Of a DNA stretch of 64,000 bases, positions 12,491-26,400 are shown one piece after another (position 1 is the stretch's first letter; the number at the start of each line of letters is the position of its first letter). This stretch comes from Centroscyllium fabricii. Lineage: Eukaryota. The DNA lies in the NCBI GenBank assembly GCA_051313645.2, contig JBNRSN020000001.1, positions 102,610,001 through 102,674,000 on the forward strand, read 5' to 3'. The notes beneath the pieces were generated by a model, which worked only from the letters and a program-made list of their open reading frames with translations, searched no databases and had not been told where the DNA came from. The translations under genes were made by a program, and so were the position numbers.

Positions 12491-14090
12491 AATAGATGAA
12501 AAAATGTTCGTAATCTTTTTGAATGCTAATTGGTAGTCTGAGCTACCATCCAAGATGGGCAATCAGTGCTTGGAGACAGCGTGCTGGCATTATGTGCCCC
12601 TTTTAGCATTGTGTTAAATATTGCATTGTGCGTTTTCTGTTTTTATTCTTCCTTTAGCAGTGCCATTTCTTGGAGAAACATATTTGCTGTTCATAATTTT
12701 CATTTATTTTCTAAAAATGGAGAGATGAATGCATACTGTGTCAAATCATTTTAATTTATCACAGCAGTTATAAATGAGTCATGTTATTAAATCCTGCATC
12801 TTGTCTTTGGGAAGAGATCAAGCAGCTTTCACCCTTCCTAATCATCATAGAACCTGTAGAGTAGACTAGGCCGGGGAGGATTTTAATTGTTTTATTGTGC
12901 ATCATGAATGAATCTGTGAAAATGAGGGAAGTGAGGTATGTTGATAGCTGGTAACAGGTTGGTAGCTATCAGTCTCTTGTGGCATATTATGCTGTTAATA
13001 CCTATTGCCAGTCTGAAACAGAGCTCTCAAGCTATTGCTCTGGCTGTGCAGAATAATCAAATGGCTCACTCTTGCTATTAAACTCTCAGTTATGACACTG
13101 TCTCTTCCAAGGCTATTATTGGGCAATGAGTCCTAACTTTACATATTTAAGAGTATATTATTGTAGTTGCTACAATCCCTTATTACAGCCTGTGTTAATA
13201 AAGATGTGGAAAGTTTACAAAGGGCAATTGATTTAAATTGATATTGCAAGATTGTTGTACGTTTTGAAGATTAAAGGAATACTTCTGCAGATTCTGAGAT
13301 TCTGAGCAATTATTTACTCAAACTGTACAATAAAGAGACATGCTTATCTGCCAGATGTAAAATTGTCATTGGTTAGTGTGTTGAGTTAGATTATCTCAAC
13401 CGAGGTGATAGTACGATTGCCTTGCTGGCAGCATATATGGGTGGATAGTGACTGAGAACAGGATGGAGCTTGGTTGTGATGTCCCCATGGTCAAAAGCCT
13501 GCTAACACCCATTGTCAAGAGTCACACATGAATCATAACCATTTGAGCAAGTTACCAGAGGGCAACAGGTGCCAATGGAATGATACCATAAAAAGGATCC
13601 AATGTATTGAAGGAGAGCAGAGGAGAAAACTGAAGAAAATTTAACAAAATTCATTTTGAGGATTTTTATTTTTGTTTATGTTTTGCTAAGACTCATCTGG
13701 GAAGATTTTCAACTTGCCACCAAGGTGTAAAACTGGCATTACAAATTGACAGCTCATTATAGAAACCGTTCCATTTTTAATTACATTCATTTCAAGGGAT
13801 TTGAATAGGCACTGGGTGCGGAGAACATTTAAAAGCATTAGATGGGGGAAAGAGGTTGTGATGGGGCAATAGTTGGGAAGAGCAAATAGATCTGAATGTA
13901 TAATTACTAGTACTAGCCCTTTTTGAGCTACCCCAGATCAAGCGTATTCCCCAGACATTTACCTTCAACTAAAGTTAGAGATTATCGAATTCTATAAGAG
14001 GCTTAATTGGGTACAAAGGTTCAGACTATCTCTCTCTAAAGGAAAGAAATGATGCAAAGATTTTACTGTCCTCTGGATAGCACTTTTAAT

Positions 14091-14845
14091 GGGCCAGAAA
14101 TTTGGGTTGGAGGCTTCCCGCGAGTGTAAGCCTCCAACCTGCACTTACCTAGCACGCCAGCCATTGAGCTGTGGCCCCGCATGGAATTCCGATGCGGGGC
14201 CTTCCTGAACTGCCGGCGCGCCGTGCTCCTGGATCCCAGCGGCGAAGATAGTATGAGGGATGCACGGGAGCACGTGGGCCAAGGAAAGCCAATTGGAGCA
14301 CAGAATTCTCCATTCATAAGTTTGACAGGAAGACCTGTCAAACTTATGAATACTACAAGCCCCAAAACCTCAGTAAATCTTCAATTTTTTTTTAAATCAA
14401 TTTTTTTTAAATAACTATCAATTACATAAATTAGCTATTTTAAACAAAAATTAAACATTTTGAAAAAAGTAATTTAAGTTTTACCAGGGCTAAAAATAAA
14501 CTTACCTTTCTTTAAAGTATTTAAAAATAAAATACCAGAGGGAAAAATGTTTTAAATTGAATTAATTCACCACTTACCTTCTGAAAACCAGTCTTAGCAC
14601 ATGAAAATATCAGCTGTATCTTTTTACTTACTTACCCGCACACTGACCTGTAAAAAAAGTCGGAGGTCCATTGCTGCCGCGCACATGCACTCATACGCCT
14701 TCCAACCCCTGACCCCTTCCGTCAGGGGATCAGAAGTTCTGGTTTCGCGCGCATGCGCTGTGCATGCACAAAATCGGCACTTCGGATGGGCCTGCTGGGG
14801 AGTACCCAGCGCGTACTCACGCGTTGGGATCAGAATTTCTGGGCC
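14091..14845. mobile_element. Non-autonomous Harbinger-type element
   Basis: Termini GGGCCAGAAATT / AATTTCTGGGCC; 3-bp TSD AAT (14088-14090, 14846-14848); GC-rich ends and AT-rich core. Confidence 0.75.
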
Positions 14846-16349
14846 AATATGTTTAACTAGACTGTAACCTTGCGGATATAATGAGGGTCCTGAATACCCC
14901 CCATCATTCTGCAACTGCTTTCAAAGGAGTGTACAGATATTGAGTTTGTGAGATTGACACATAAATACTACTTGAGACAATTCTAAAAATATATAGATTT
15001 ATTTAAGAGCCAACATACAGTTAACAGCTTTTGAGTCAATCGCAACATTAACAGTTCAAAAACAAATAGCTTACATTTCTTACCCTCAGAGATCCTTATC
15101 TCAAATCTTAACTTTGTACATTTTTACATTTCTTATTCTTAATTCCAATTCATGATATCCACCAAAATCAAATGCCTTGATTATCCGAGAGTTGTAGGCT
15201 TACAGAGTCGTTCTGAAGCTGAGAATCGCTTGCCTCTTCCCAACGACCTCTGACTGTCTGCTTGAAAAGGTTCTATTTTTATATATTTTTTAGTGGTTTA
15301 TCGTTTGAAGTTTTCTGCTGATGTAAGTTAATTATCTCATATCATCTTCTGGTTGACTTTGTCTATTCTTACTCTAAATTTAACTGCTGCATGCAGAATT
15401 ATGTCTCTACCTTTAGGTGTTCCAAAAACCTATTAAAAAATGGCTACAACAGATGTAACTCTGATGTAATTCTTATCGAAGGGCTTTCATTCAATTCTTA
15501 ATATTGGTTTAACTGTTTATTAGCAGACGTCATGTCTCCATGGTGTTCCACGTTCAAAACAAAACTCATATGATTGCTTGGTATATCTATTGAATTCATA
15601 TCTTCAAAGTGTTCTGTTGGTATCATATTTACAACATGTAAATTAAAGACACTTCAACTAGGGTGTTTACTTATTTTCTAGCTATCTCGATGGTTGTATT
15701 TAGAATTATATCTCCTGTCTTCCAATTTTAACATAAAAACTATTTGACCAGGAGGTGTTTCTTTTACTTGATGTCATCTGATTTAATAAATGAGTCTTAT
15801 ACATCAATAACTCTAAAGTAAAGTTTTAATCCACTATATTGTCACTATTTACAAAGGTAGGTTTTACCATGCTTCCAGAAGAAGCATCCACCCCATACTG
15901 AGCAGTTCCAGTAATTATACTATCTGGGCACAGGAAGTGACATGTACAGAGTTCACCATTCAACCTTCCCCCAGAAGTTTGTTCAATATCACCACATCAT
16001 CTTTTCAAAGGCAAATGCATATTTTAATGTTTTTGTGTTCCTGTTCAATGTGTTAGTTTATAACACTTTACTTGGGTCATTCCATTGTGTTTCTCCCAAA
16101 CTCCAGATCTTCTGGAAATGCCAAACTGCTATTTTAATATGGCCATTGTTTAAGTATTTTTTAGCCAATTCCCATTTCAAAGCTTGTATGGTGTTTTACA
16201 ATGTTTGTGTTATCAAACCATCCCATCTCAGAAGCCTGTATTGATACAGCTTGTGTCGCCGAGGCTTTCCAGACTTTTAAACCCATATCATATATTAATA
16301 AAATCAGAATTCTGTTCATATGATGGTGTATTTTTCTGAAATATGGCTT

Positions 16350-16510
16350 ATTCCTTAATAGGTCAAGGATGGGCTTTGTAAGGAAAGAGGCAATGATGGC
16401 AGTTTTGAAAGGGAAAGGGATAAGGTCTGAGCAAAGGAAGTTTAGGATGTTGGCAAACACATGGGCTAGTAAAGGTGAGCAGGTATTGAGTGGAGAAGGA
16501 TCAGTTGGCA
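16350..16510 (-). mobile_element. L2 LINE fragment
   Basis: IPFPFKTAIIASFLTKPILD resembles the L2 pre-RT segment. Confidence 0.5.
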
Positions 16511-17521
16511 AGTAATTATCCTTAATATTACCCACGATGTTCATATTAAAGTGTTCCATTATAACAAATGAATATTTCCATTTTATATTGCTGCTAGTTT
16601 AGTTTATTATTGAGAACCGCATTATCGAAAGAAATATGTACTGAAATTGTACTTGCTTTACACAAATGTAAAACCTGTCAGTGCTCAACAATCTCATGTA
16701 AACTTTTATCCATGAGCTTTGTATTGCAGCAATCGGCAAATACCTAATGATTACAACAGCAACAACAACTTGTATTTATATAGTGCCTTTAACATAGCAA
16801 AATATTAAGGAGATATTAGGACAGATGAGCAAAAGCTTGGACAAAGACATAGGTTTTAAGTAGCATTTTAAAAGAGGAAAGAGAGGCGGAGAAATTTAGG
16901 AAGGAAATTCCAGAGCTTAGAACCTTGGCAGCTGAAGGAACGGCCGCGAATGGTGGAGCAATTAAAATCAGGGATGCTCAAGAGGCCAGAATTAGAGGAG
17001 CACAGATATATCGGTGAGTTGTGGGCAACATTCTCTGCCGCACAGCTCTCTGCCGATCCCGTGCAGCCCGGGACTGGCTTTTTCAATGTTAAGTTTCATG
17101 CAAGTGCAAAACTGTGAATGGAATGCGCAGCCCCTTAAAGTGGCTAAATAAGAGGGAACATTGATTATGGGGCTGGAGGAGATTACAGAGATAGAGAGGG
17201 GCAAAGCCATAGAAGGATTTGAAAACAAGGATGAGAATTTTAAAAGTGAGGCATTGCTTAAACGGGAACCAATGTAGATCAGCAAGCACAGGGATAATGG
17301 GTGACCAGGACTTGGTTCGAGTTAGGACACAGGCAGCAGAGTTTTGGATTACCTCAATTTTACGGAGGGTAGAATGTGGGAAGCCGGCCAGGAGTGCATT
17401 GGACTTGTCAAGTCTAGAGGTAACAAAGGCATGGATGAGGGTTTCAGCAGCAAATGAGCTGAGGCAGGGGCAGAGTGGGGTGTTGTTCCAGTGGTGGAAA
17501 TAGGTGCTTTTAGAGATGGCG

Positions 17522-17893
17522 CAGAAACACAGAAGATAGGAGCAGGAGTAGGACATTTGGCCCTTCGAGCCTGCTCCGCCATTTTTGACGAGATCATGGC
17601 TGATCATCCAAACCCAGCAGCCCCCTCCTACCCTCTCCCCACATCCCCCGACACACCCAACTCTAAGAACTATATCTCACACATATACTCATGGGCAATT
17701 TTTAGTATCTCCAATTCACCTAAACTGCATGTCTTTGGGTGGTGGGAGGAAACCGGAGTACCCGCAGGAAACCCACATGAACACGGGGAGAACATGCAAA
17801 CTCCACGCAGCGAGGTCCCGGGCCAAGCAGGATTCGAACCCAGGAGCTCCTTATTATGAGGCAGCAGTGCTAACCACTGCGCCACCGTGTCGT
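17522..17893 (-). mobile_element. V-SINE
   Basis: Reverse complement of tRNA head, V domain and CR1-like tail. Confidence 0.85.
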
Positions 17894-18016
17894 CCTTATG
17901 TGGTCAGTAGCTCACCTCGGATTCAAATATGACAGCAAGATTGTGAACAGTCTGGTTCAATCTCAGACAGTCAGCAGCGAGAGGGGTGGAGTCAGTGGCT
18001 GGGGAACGGGGTTTGT

Positions 18017-19666
18017 GGCCGCAAAATTGGTCAGCGCACGTTTTGGGGCGCTAACCTCGGAGCAGCGCTAAAATTAGCGCCTTTAGGCCCCGATATTCAC
18101 TTTAACGCTGGCCTTGTAGATTACAGCGCTAAATCAAGCATTGCACGGGTGCAAACGGCCAATATTCAGGCGCTAAGTGGTGAGCGCGAGCGCAGCACTC
18201 CATCTGCCACTCCTGGCCTTCCCAGCAATGCTGGCGTCAGTCAGCTCATAAAGGGGGTGGGGAAACAGTATATTATGTTTCCTCAACTCCCTCTGCCTCT
18301 CTCTGTATCTCCCCTCACCTCCCTCTGCCTCTCTCTGTATCTCTCCTAACATCCCTCTGTCTGTCTCCGATCTCCCCTCACCTCCCTCTACCTCTCTCTG
18401 TATCTCTCCTAATATCCCTGTGTCTGTCTCTGATCTCCCCTCACCTCCCTCTGCCTCTCTCTGTATCTCTCCTAACATTCTTCTGTCTGTCTCCAATCTC
18501 CCCTCACCTCCCTCTCTCTCTCTCTCTGTATCTCTCCTAACATCCCTCTGTCTGTCGCCGATCTCCCCTCACCTCCCTCTGCCTCTCTCTGTATCTCTCC
18601 TCACCTGCCTCTCTCTCTCTCTCTGCATCTCTCCTCACCTCTCTCTGTCTGTCTCTGATCCCTCTTCACCTCCCTCTGTCTCTGTCTGTAACTCTCCTCA
18701 CCTCCCTCTCTTTCTCTCTGTATCTCCCCTCACCTCCCTCTGCCTCTCTCTGTATCTCTCCTAACATCCTTCTGTCTGTCGCCGATCTCCCCTCACCTCC
18801 CTCTCTCTCTCTCTGTATCTCTCCTCACCTCTCTCTGTCTGTCTCTGATCTCTCTTCACCTCCCTCTGTCTCTGTCTGTAACTCTCCTCACCTCCCTCTC
18901 TTTCTCTCTGTATCTCCCCTCACCTCCCTCTGCCTCTCTCTGTATCTCTCCTAACATCCTTCTGTCTGTCGCCGATCTCCACTCACCTCCCTCTCTCTCT
19001 CTGTATCTCTCCTCACCTCTCTCTGTCTGTCTCTGATCTCTGTTCACCTCCCTCTGTCTCTGTCTGTAACTCTCCTCGCCTCCCTCTCTTTCTCTCTGTA
19101 TCTCCCCTCACCTCCCTCTGCCTCTCTCTGTATCTCTCCTAATATCCTTCTGTCTGTCGCCGATCTCCCCTCACCTCCCTCTCTCTCTCTCTGTATCTCT
19201 CCTCACCTCTCTCTGTCTGTCTCTGATCTCTCTTCACCTCCCTCTGTCTCTGTCTGTAACTCCCCTCACCTCCCTCTCTCTCTGTAACTCTCCTAACATC
19301 CCTCTGTCTGTCTCCGATCTCCCACAAAATGGCCGCCGCACGAAAGGGAGGAAGTGTCTCCCTTTAAAGAACACCCCAGTGGCCACACACCACCTCAGCT
19401 GCGTTTGTGAAAGCTGGCATTGGCAGCACTGGGTGTTAGTTAGGCGGCCGCTCATCAATTTCAGGTGCAGCCCTGGGGGCGGGCGTTGCACCAAGATATC
19501 ATCAAGGATTCAGGTGTGCCAAGTAGCGCGCGCTAACAGTTAGCACCGGCGCTAACCGCCTGCCGAATTTTGGGCACGGCGCAAAATTTTTAGCACCCAA
19601 CACTAAAACCTCTAGCGCCCATTTTTGGGCGCTAATCGGTTGGCATTAGAGTGCCAATTTTTTGGC
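18017..19666. mobile_element. Non-autonomous Harbinger-like element carrying a minisatellite
   Basis: Ends GGCCGCAAAATTGG / CCAATTTTTTGGC; subterminal AGCGC/GCGCT motifs; splits the L2. Confidence 0.6.
18285..19325. repeat. Pyrimidine-rich minisatellite with ~27-31 bp subunits and a ~180-bp higher-order period
   Basis: Recurring CTCACCTCCCTCTGCCTCTCTCTGTATCTC and CTAACATCCTTCTGTCTGTCGCCGATCTC blocks. Confidence 0.9.
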
Positions 19667-20344
19667 TTTTGTCTTCCCAGTATTTAGTTGGAGGAAGTTT
19701 TTGCTCATCCAGTACTGGATGTTGGACAAGCTGTCTAATAATTTAGAGACAGTGGCGGGGTCAAGAGTGGTGGTGGTAAGTGTACCTTATATTACATAAT
19801 TATATTGTACTAGACGGTGCAGTTCATTGGCACACTATCTTTTTTCCTCTATAATGTGAATTTGAATACAGTTCTGATTAATGGGCTGCAAGTTTCCTTT
19901 CTGTCAGCTGTAGCAGCCCTACATCAAATGATCTTGAGTAGTCTGAGTGCTGCTCCGAGCAGGTATGAATCCAACGTAGAAAATGGCTCTAATTAATCGC
20001 CAAAAAATTGGCAGTCTCACACAAAAAGCCCAAAAGGATGGATGATATGAGAAATATAACACTGACGTAATAGAAGTTGCTGTCCTGATAACCAATTATA
20101 TCTTGGCATTAATAGTGAGCATAAAAGAAAGCTTTGCATTTATCTAGCACTTTTCATGACCTCAGGATGTCCCAAAGTGCTTAACAACCAATGAAGTACA
20201 TATGAAGTGCAGTCACTGTTGTAATGTGGGAAATGTGGCAGCCAATTTGCACACAGCTAGGTTGTACAAACACCAATGGGATAATTACCAGATAATTTGA
20301 TTTTAATGATGTTGACTGAGGGATAAATATATCTTTGTAATAGA

Positions 20345-20655
20345 ATCAGAGGATCATAGAATCCCTCCAGTGCAGATAGAGGCCATTTCGGCCCATCGAG
20401 CCTGCACTGACACATATCCCACCCTATCCCCGTAAACCCCACATATTCAATCCCCCTAACACTAAGGGTCAATTTATCATGGCAAATCAACCTAACCCGC
20501 ACATCTTTGGACTGTGGGAGGAAACCGGAGCACCCGGAGGAAACCCACGCAGACACGGGGATAATGTGCAAACTCCACACAGATAGTCACCCGAGGCTGG
20601 ATTTGAACCCCTGGCGCTGTGAGGCAACAGTGCTAACCACTATGCCACCGTGCTA
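20345..20655 (-). mobile_element. V-SINE (variant tail)
   Basis: V domain and tRNA head on the minus strand. Confidence 0.85.
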
Positions 20656-20798
20656 TGTGATCACTATGTGATTTTATACGTCCACCTGAGAGGGCAGACA
20701 GGGTCTCAGTTTAGCATCTCACCTGAAAGACAGCACCTCTGACAATGCAACACCCTCTTGGTACTGAACTGGAGTGTCAGCCTAGATTTTGTACTTAA

Positions 20799-22288
20799 AG
20801 GGATGATTTTCTGAGGCCCGAGGAGGCAGGTTTGGAAGCGGGAAAGACGGGAAAATCGGCAAAAAGGAGTGCGGGTTCAGAACCCGCCTCCAACCTGCAT
20901 CTGTGGGATTTTGCCAGGGCCTGTTTTGTAGGGTGGGAAACGGTCCCGCCTCCAGCTGGCCAGAGAGCTTGTTAAGAGGCTTAAATGTTTGTTAAGGATC
21001 TCTCAGAGCCTTTTGAGAGGCCCTCATTAATTTTTGATCATTTCGGCCTGTTCCACAACCCTCCTAACCCACAACAGCTAAACCTGGCGGGTTGACAAGT
21101 GGGTGGTCTCCTCACAGCTGCAGTTCAAACTGTAGCGAACAGCAGTCCCCTCCTCTTTGAAATCGATAGAACGTCAATAAATCAGAGATTTCATCAGGGA
21201 TTAGTTGCTGGTGACAGAACTTTGCTTTAACAGGTCTTTCAGCACTTTTAGCAGGCCTTCCAAAGTTGGAGGTGCAGCAGCTTGTATCTATCAACTGTGG
21301 GGCCTCCTTGGAAGACCCTCTCCCGATTTGCAATGAGTGCTTTCCCAACGGAGGCATTTGCAAGCTGCATGGAAACCATTCATTCTCTTTCACCATGGAC
21401 CTTAGATGAGGATGAGGAGGAGGAGGATGAGGAGGCTGAGGAGGAGGAATATCTGGAGGCAGAGGAGGAGCAGGAAGAGGAGCAGGAGGAGGTCAGAGCG
21501 TCGGTGTATCAACCAGCAGCAGCGGCAGCATGTGAGCACATGGCTGCCCGTGATGCAAGGGATAAACTTATCCTGACCAGATTTGCATAGGTTGCCCAAG
21601 TTGGCACATGTCTTTGGCTCCATCTTAAGACATCATTAACAATGGACATGACTCTCTGGCCTCCTTCCACTTTGGCCACCAACCTGACAATGCAAGTGTC
21701 GCGGAGCCCGCAATGTGGAGCTGCCTAAGGCAAATGAACAGATGCCATAAAGGCAACATTTTGGCGTCAAATCATTTTAATGATTTCCAACAGTGATGGC
21801 ATTTCATCAATACACATAAACATCCACCCAATCTGCACACAGAGCTGGAGGTTATATCCCTTGCCAGCTGGACCCACACAGCCTTGGTTTCTTTGGGAGG
21901 CCTCTTCCTCCCAGATGAGGGGAAGAGCACCTCCTACATAGCTCTCACCCCCTCAACCAGCATTTGCAGGAGCTCATCCGGTAGCCTCGGGGAGGCCCCT
22001 GCCTTGGAATTGGACATACTTGTTTCTCAGAATATGTTGCAGGTGGTGCAGCACCAGCAGAAATCCAGTGGAATTATCCAAGGCAGCAAGCAGCCCTTAA
22101 ATCAGGCTGGAAAAATGAAGTCAGCAGTCCCAAAACACTAGTTGACATAGGGTATCCCACACCTCTGAAATCAAGCAGTCAATCAGGGGAACATCACAAT
22201 TTTTTGAAAACTTTCAGTGGAGGCGGGTTTCAAACCCACCCAAACCGAAACCAGCCTCTATCCCGCCTCCTGTGGGAAAATTACCCCC
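20799..22288. mobile_element. Internally deleted Harbinger
   Basis: TSD TAA (20796-20798, 22289-22291); TIR AGGGATGATTTTC / revcomp GGGGGTAATTTTC; keeps the transposase poly-Glu C-terminus (+, ~21400-21590) and the Myb N-terminus LFPSSGRKRPPKETK (-, ~22017-21850). Confidence 0.85.
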
Positions 22289-22483
22289 TAAGTCTCTGAA
22301 TTGGGACTTGAACCCACAATCTTCTGACTCAGAAGCGACAGTTTGGCCACTGAGCCATGGCAAACACCTAAGTATAATTATGCCTTGCACCTGTTACAGT
22401 TGGTTTAATATAAAGGTTTTATCTATGAATTTTGTGATCATTAAGCTGAAGGGTGCTAAGGACAATATCATTCTGCATTTTAA

Positions 22484-22682
22484 AGGACTAGTTTCCCAAC
22501 GTCAAGTTCGTAACAAGGAACCTCATCCAGTGAAAGCGCAATTTGCAAATTCAGGTGTGCACTGTGCACAATTTTCTACCGATTTAAATGAATGGTTGGA
22601 AAATCCTGTTCCTGAAATTCAGATATACCCTTCAGATAGGAGAGGCGCCCCACTGGGAATGCAAAGTCAGGAAATTACTCCT
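22484..22682. mobile_element. Small Harbinger-type MITE
   Basis: TAA on both sides; termini AGGACTAGTTTCC / revcomp AGGAGTAATTTCC. Confidence 0.6.
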
Positions 22683-23415
22683 TAAGTGTCAAAATCAAGG
22701 AGTACCGGGTCAAATTATAGCATGGTTAGATTTGATGTAAAGCTATGCTGTACCAACAATAAGTATCAGCCCTATCCTCAAAAGATCACTTTATAGTGTA
22801 TCAATATGGCAGTTTTCAATTTCCCACAGCAATCTATCCTGTAGCTTCTTTGAGTGCATTGTCAAATTAATACCAGTTTGTGCTGAATTAGGCACAAAGT
22901 CCATGCCTACTAAAACTGCCTATACGCATTTCAAATAGGGTCGTTACTTCAGTGGACACAAGGGACTTTCATCCCATCAGTAGGTATTAGACTCGGGTCA
23001 TCAAGGTTGTAGGCCAGTGTCTAAAGTCCATACTTGACCTATGCTTCATGCTGACATTCCCTCAAAATGGAAAACAAATCTATTCTACTCACCAACACAG
23101 ATCCTCACCCGCATCAATGTCATAGACTCAAAGTCCTACCTCACTTTGCACCATAAATCCTAGTTTTGTATCTTTTTTGTATTTTTATTAAAATAGAGCC
23201 AGTTTTTCATATGCGCACGTAGTTCCTGAAAGAAAAATATTTATTTTGTCTTTGTGAGCACGAAAGTGAGACAAACAACTTTTATACAGAATAGCTGTGA
23301 GTGTCCAGAGGATGTGGCCCAACTAGGATTATGTTATTTCCTGTAAATAAAATTGAATCAGGTCAAGATTGTTATGGCTAATATCTCAGTTTCCATTTTT
23401 AATGGCAGTATATGC

Positions 23416-26400
23416 TGTAATGTGTTTAAATCACAGAGACAGAGACAGGATGGTGTGTGTTCAGCCATTGCTCGAGGCTAACTGTTTAATCTGGTTTCCC
23501 GTTCTGTTAACCCTCTGTTGCCCCCTACTGGGCAGAGGGTAACTATCACCACATCTCCCTTTCTAAACATACTTTGAAAATTATTCCTTTACTGTTAACA
23601 TTTTCAAATCATTACTTTTTTACTGTGCTTAAGAAATAACAAACTCTAACAAACATAACAACTCTAACACATCTCTTTTTCCTTTAAAAAAAAAGACATG
23701 AATAATGCAAGCAGAGTAAGCTTGGAGGGACAAGGTGACTGCCTGAACCCTCCAACAAGTACCTCGGGTATTATTCTGACCCAATGAGGTGTCTTGGTTC
23801 ATAAGCTATTCATGTTGCAAAGTCCTGGACGTATGAAGGAGAATTGCGGACACTTTCAGGGTATCGTCTGGAACCCGATGGAGGTGGGGTATCCCCTGTG
23901 GGTGGGGGAGTTCCAGGACCCGCATCCCCATTGTAGTCATCGGGAATGGAAGGCTCATCAGCGTCAGGGGGTTGCTGTGTAAGTGCGAGGTGCCTGCGGT
24001 TCCTGCGAACAATCTGGCCCTGGATATCAACTAGATACTATCTTGGGGTGTTGGCCTGTCCTTGCAAAATGCTTCTTTTGTGGGAGTCCTGTATCCACAC
24101 ATAGTCACCTGGAAGGAGTGGACACAAGGGCTTAGCTCTGTAGCACCTGTTAAAGTTGGCCTGTTGCCTTAGTTTAGATTGTTTGTCCTTGTCTGTAAAA
24201 TTCTGGAGGTCGTGCCAGCCTGGGTTCAGGAGTAACAGCATAGTTGTCACGGTTGTACAAAGTTTCCTGCCTTGTAGCAACTCAGCAGGGCTGAATCCAC
24301 TAGAAAGAGGTGTGGAGCGGTGTGCAAGGAGTGCCCGGTATGGGTCAGGTGACTTTTTTAAAAGATGTTTGGCTGTCTGGAAAGCGCGCTCAGCAGCCTC
24401 ATTGCTTTGAGGATACAGAGGACTGGATGTGACATGGGTGAAGTCCCAGCTGTCAGCAAATGAGCGAAAGGTGACCGAGGCAAATTGGGGGCCATTATCT
24501 GTTCGGACCAGCAGTGGGACCCCTAGGCGGGCAAAGCAGGATGTCATACACTCAATGAATGCATGTGAGGTGGTGGAGGAAAGTTTGATAACTTCAATGG
24601 ACTTAGAGAATTGGTCAAACATTACCAGGTAAGTTGAGTTATCCAAATGAAATAGATCAGCCCCAACCTTCTGCCATGGGCCCTCAGAAGTGTCATCTGG
24701 AATCAATGGCTCTGGTGGTTGTTGTCTCATTTGGGCACAGCTTGGGCACTGTTGTACTTTACGTAGTAGTAGACCGCTTAATCCAGGCCACCAGACAGAA
24801 CACCTGGCTCGTGCTCTGCATTTTGTGATATCCTTGATGGCCATCATGCAGTTTGTCCAAAATGTCTTTCTGCATTGATGCTGGAATGACCAACTGGCAC
24901 CCTTGTAGCAGCAATCCTTGTGCAATAGTGAGGTCACCTGAAACAGCCGAATAAGGTCTAAGAACGATGTCAAGTTTTGCATGATCTGGCCAGCACTCAC
25001 AGCAGTATGTGAAGACCTGACAAAGTAGTTCATCCGTTTCCTGTTCTTGACGAAGTGCAGCCAGGAGTTTCTCGGTAATGGGCAGTGCAGTGAGTATTGA
25101 GTATACATAATTCTCTGTGCACTGCACCTCAGAGGAATCATCCACCGGCAGCTGGCAGGGAGCTCTGGAGAGGACATCGGCAGTTGCTAGGCTCTTCCCT
25201 GGCACATGTGATATAGTGAAGTGAAAGTGCATGAGTCGCATCCGAAATGCGCTGAATGCGGGGGGGACAACTCGTCCAGGTTGTTAGATCCCAATAGTGT
25301 AAGGAGGGGCTTGTGATCTGTTTCGACTTGGAATGTCATGACTATGAGGAAGTCTCTATAGCGCTCACATTCCCATGTAATGGCCAGTGCCTCATTTTCA
25401 ATCTGCGCATAGCGCTGCTCTGTTTTTGAAAGGGCTCGTGAAGCATAGGCTACAGGGTGCCAGTCAGTGTCAGGTCTCTTTGGTAAAAGGACTGCACCCA
25501 AGCCAAACGATGCGGCATCAGCTGACACTTTAGTGAGTGTATTGGGGTCATACAGTGCAAGGCCTGGCAGGGTGGTTAGCTCCATCTTTATCTCAGTGAA
25601 AGCTTGGGACTGCTGGGGTCCCCAATACCATGAGGCCTGCCTGTTGAGGCGATCCCGGAGTGGCTTGGTTTTATCGGCTCGATGGGATATGTATTTGCCC
25701 AAGTGATTGACCAGGCGTATTTCAAATACATTCCTTGGCGCGGCCATGTGTGTGAGGGCCTTGACTTTGTCAGGATCTGCTCTGACACCGGTCCCGTCGA
25801 TGATCTGGCTGAGAAATTTCACCTGTCTTTTGGCGACTTCACATTTGGAGTTAAGAGTGAGTTCAGCTTGCTGTAGCCTACCGAGAATTGCAAACAGTCG
25901 CTTATCGTGCTGTTCTTGGGTTGCGCCAAACACCAACACATCATCCATTTGGCATAAGACACCATCAAGTCCCTCAAGGAGGCAAGACATCCGGCGCTGG
26001 AAATGTTCAGGGATGGAGGATATTCCAAAGAGCAGTCTGTGGAAACAGTAACATCCGAATGGCGTAATGAACGTGGTAAGATGTTTTGACTCCTCTGTCA
26101 AAGGTATTTGCCAGAAACCAGATTGAGTGTCAAGCTTTGTAAAAACCTTTGCATCTTTCAGCTGCCCCAGAGTATGCTCTACGCAGGGTAAGAGATGCAG
26201 CTCTTTACAGACACATTCATTGAGTTTTGTTAGGTCTACGCAGATTCTGATTTTTCCATTGGGTTTTGGGTCTACAACCATTCCGGAGCACCAGGCTGTG
26301 GGTTCCTCAACTCTTGCAATTATCCCCAGTTGCTCCATGTGGCTTAGTTCCTCCTTAACTTTGATCATAAGGGGGAGTGAGACACGTTGGGGTGTAGAGA

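Larger units (their letters stand above)
16757..19778 (-). mobile_element. L2 LINE 3' part, interrupted by a V-SINE and a DNA element
   Basis: LIHAFVTSRLDKSNALLAG...IQNSAACVL...LADLHWFP; 3' tail at ~16757-16790; resumes at 17895-18016 and 19667-19778. Confidence 0.8.
20125..22361 (-). mobile_element. Deu-domain SINE split by a V-SINE and a Harbinger derivative
   Basis: Tail 20125-20330, Deu core 20670-20798, tRNA head 22289-22361; collinear with 222-636 in reverse. Confidence 0.8.

Noticed and set aside
12560-13150. Non-repetitive-looking stretch, possible conserved non-coding element
   Set aside because: Cannot be supported without cross-species alignment
18173-19494. Repetitive ORFs (ETDRGMLGEIQRE...)
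   Set aside because: Translations of the minisatellite
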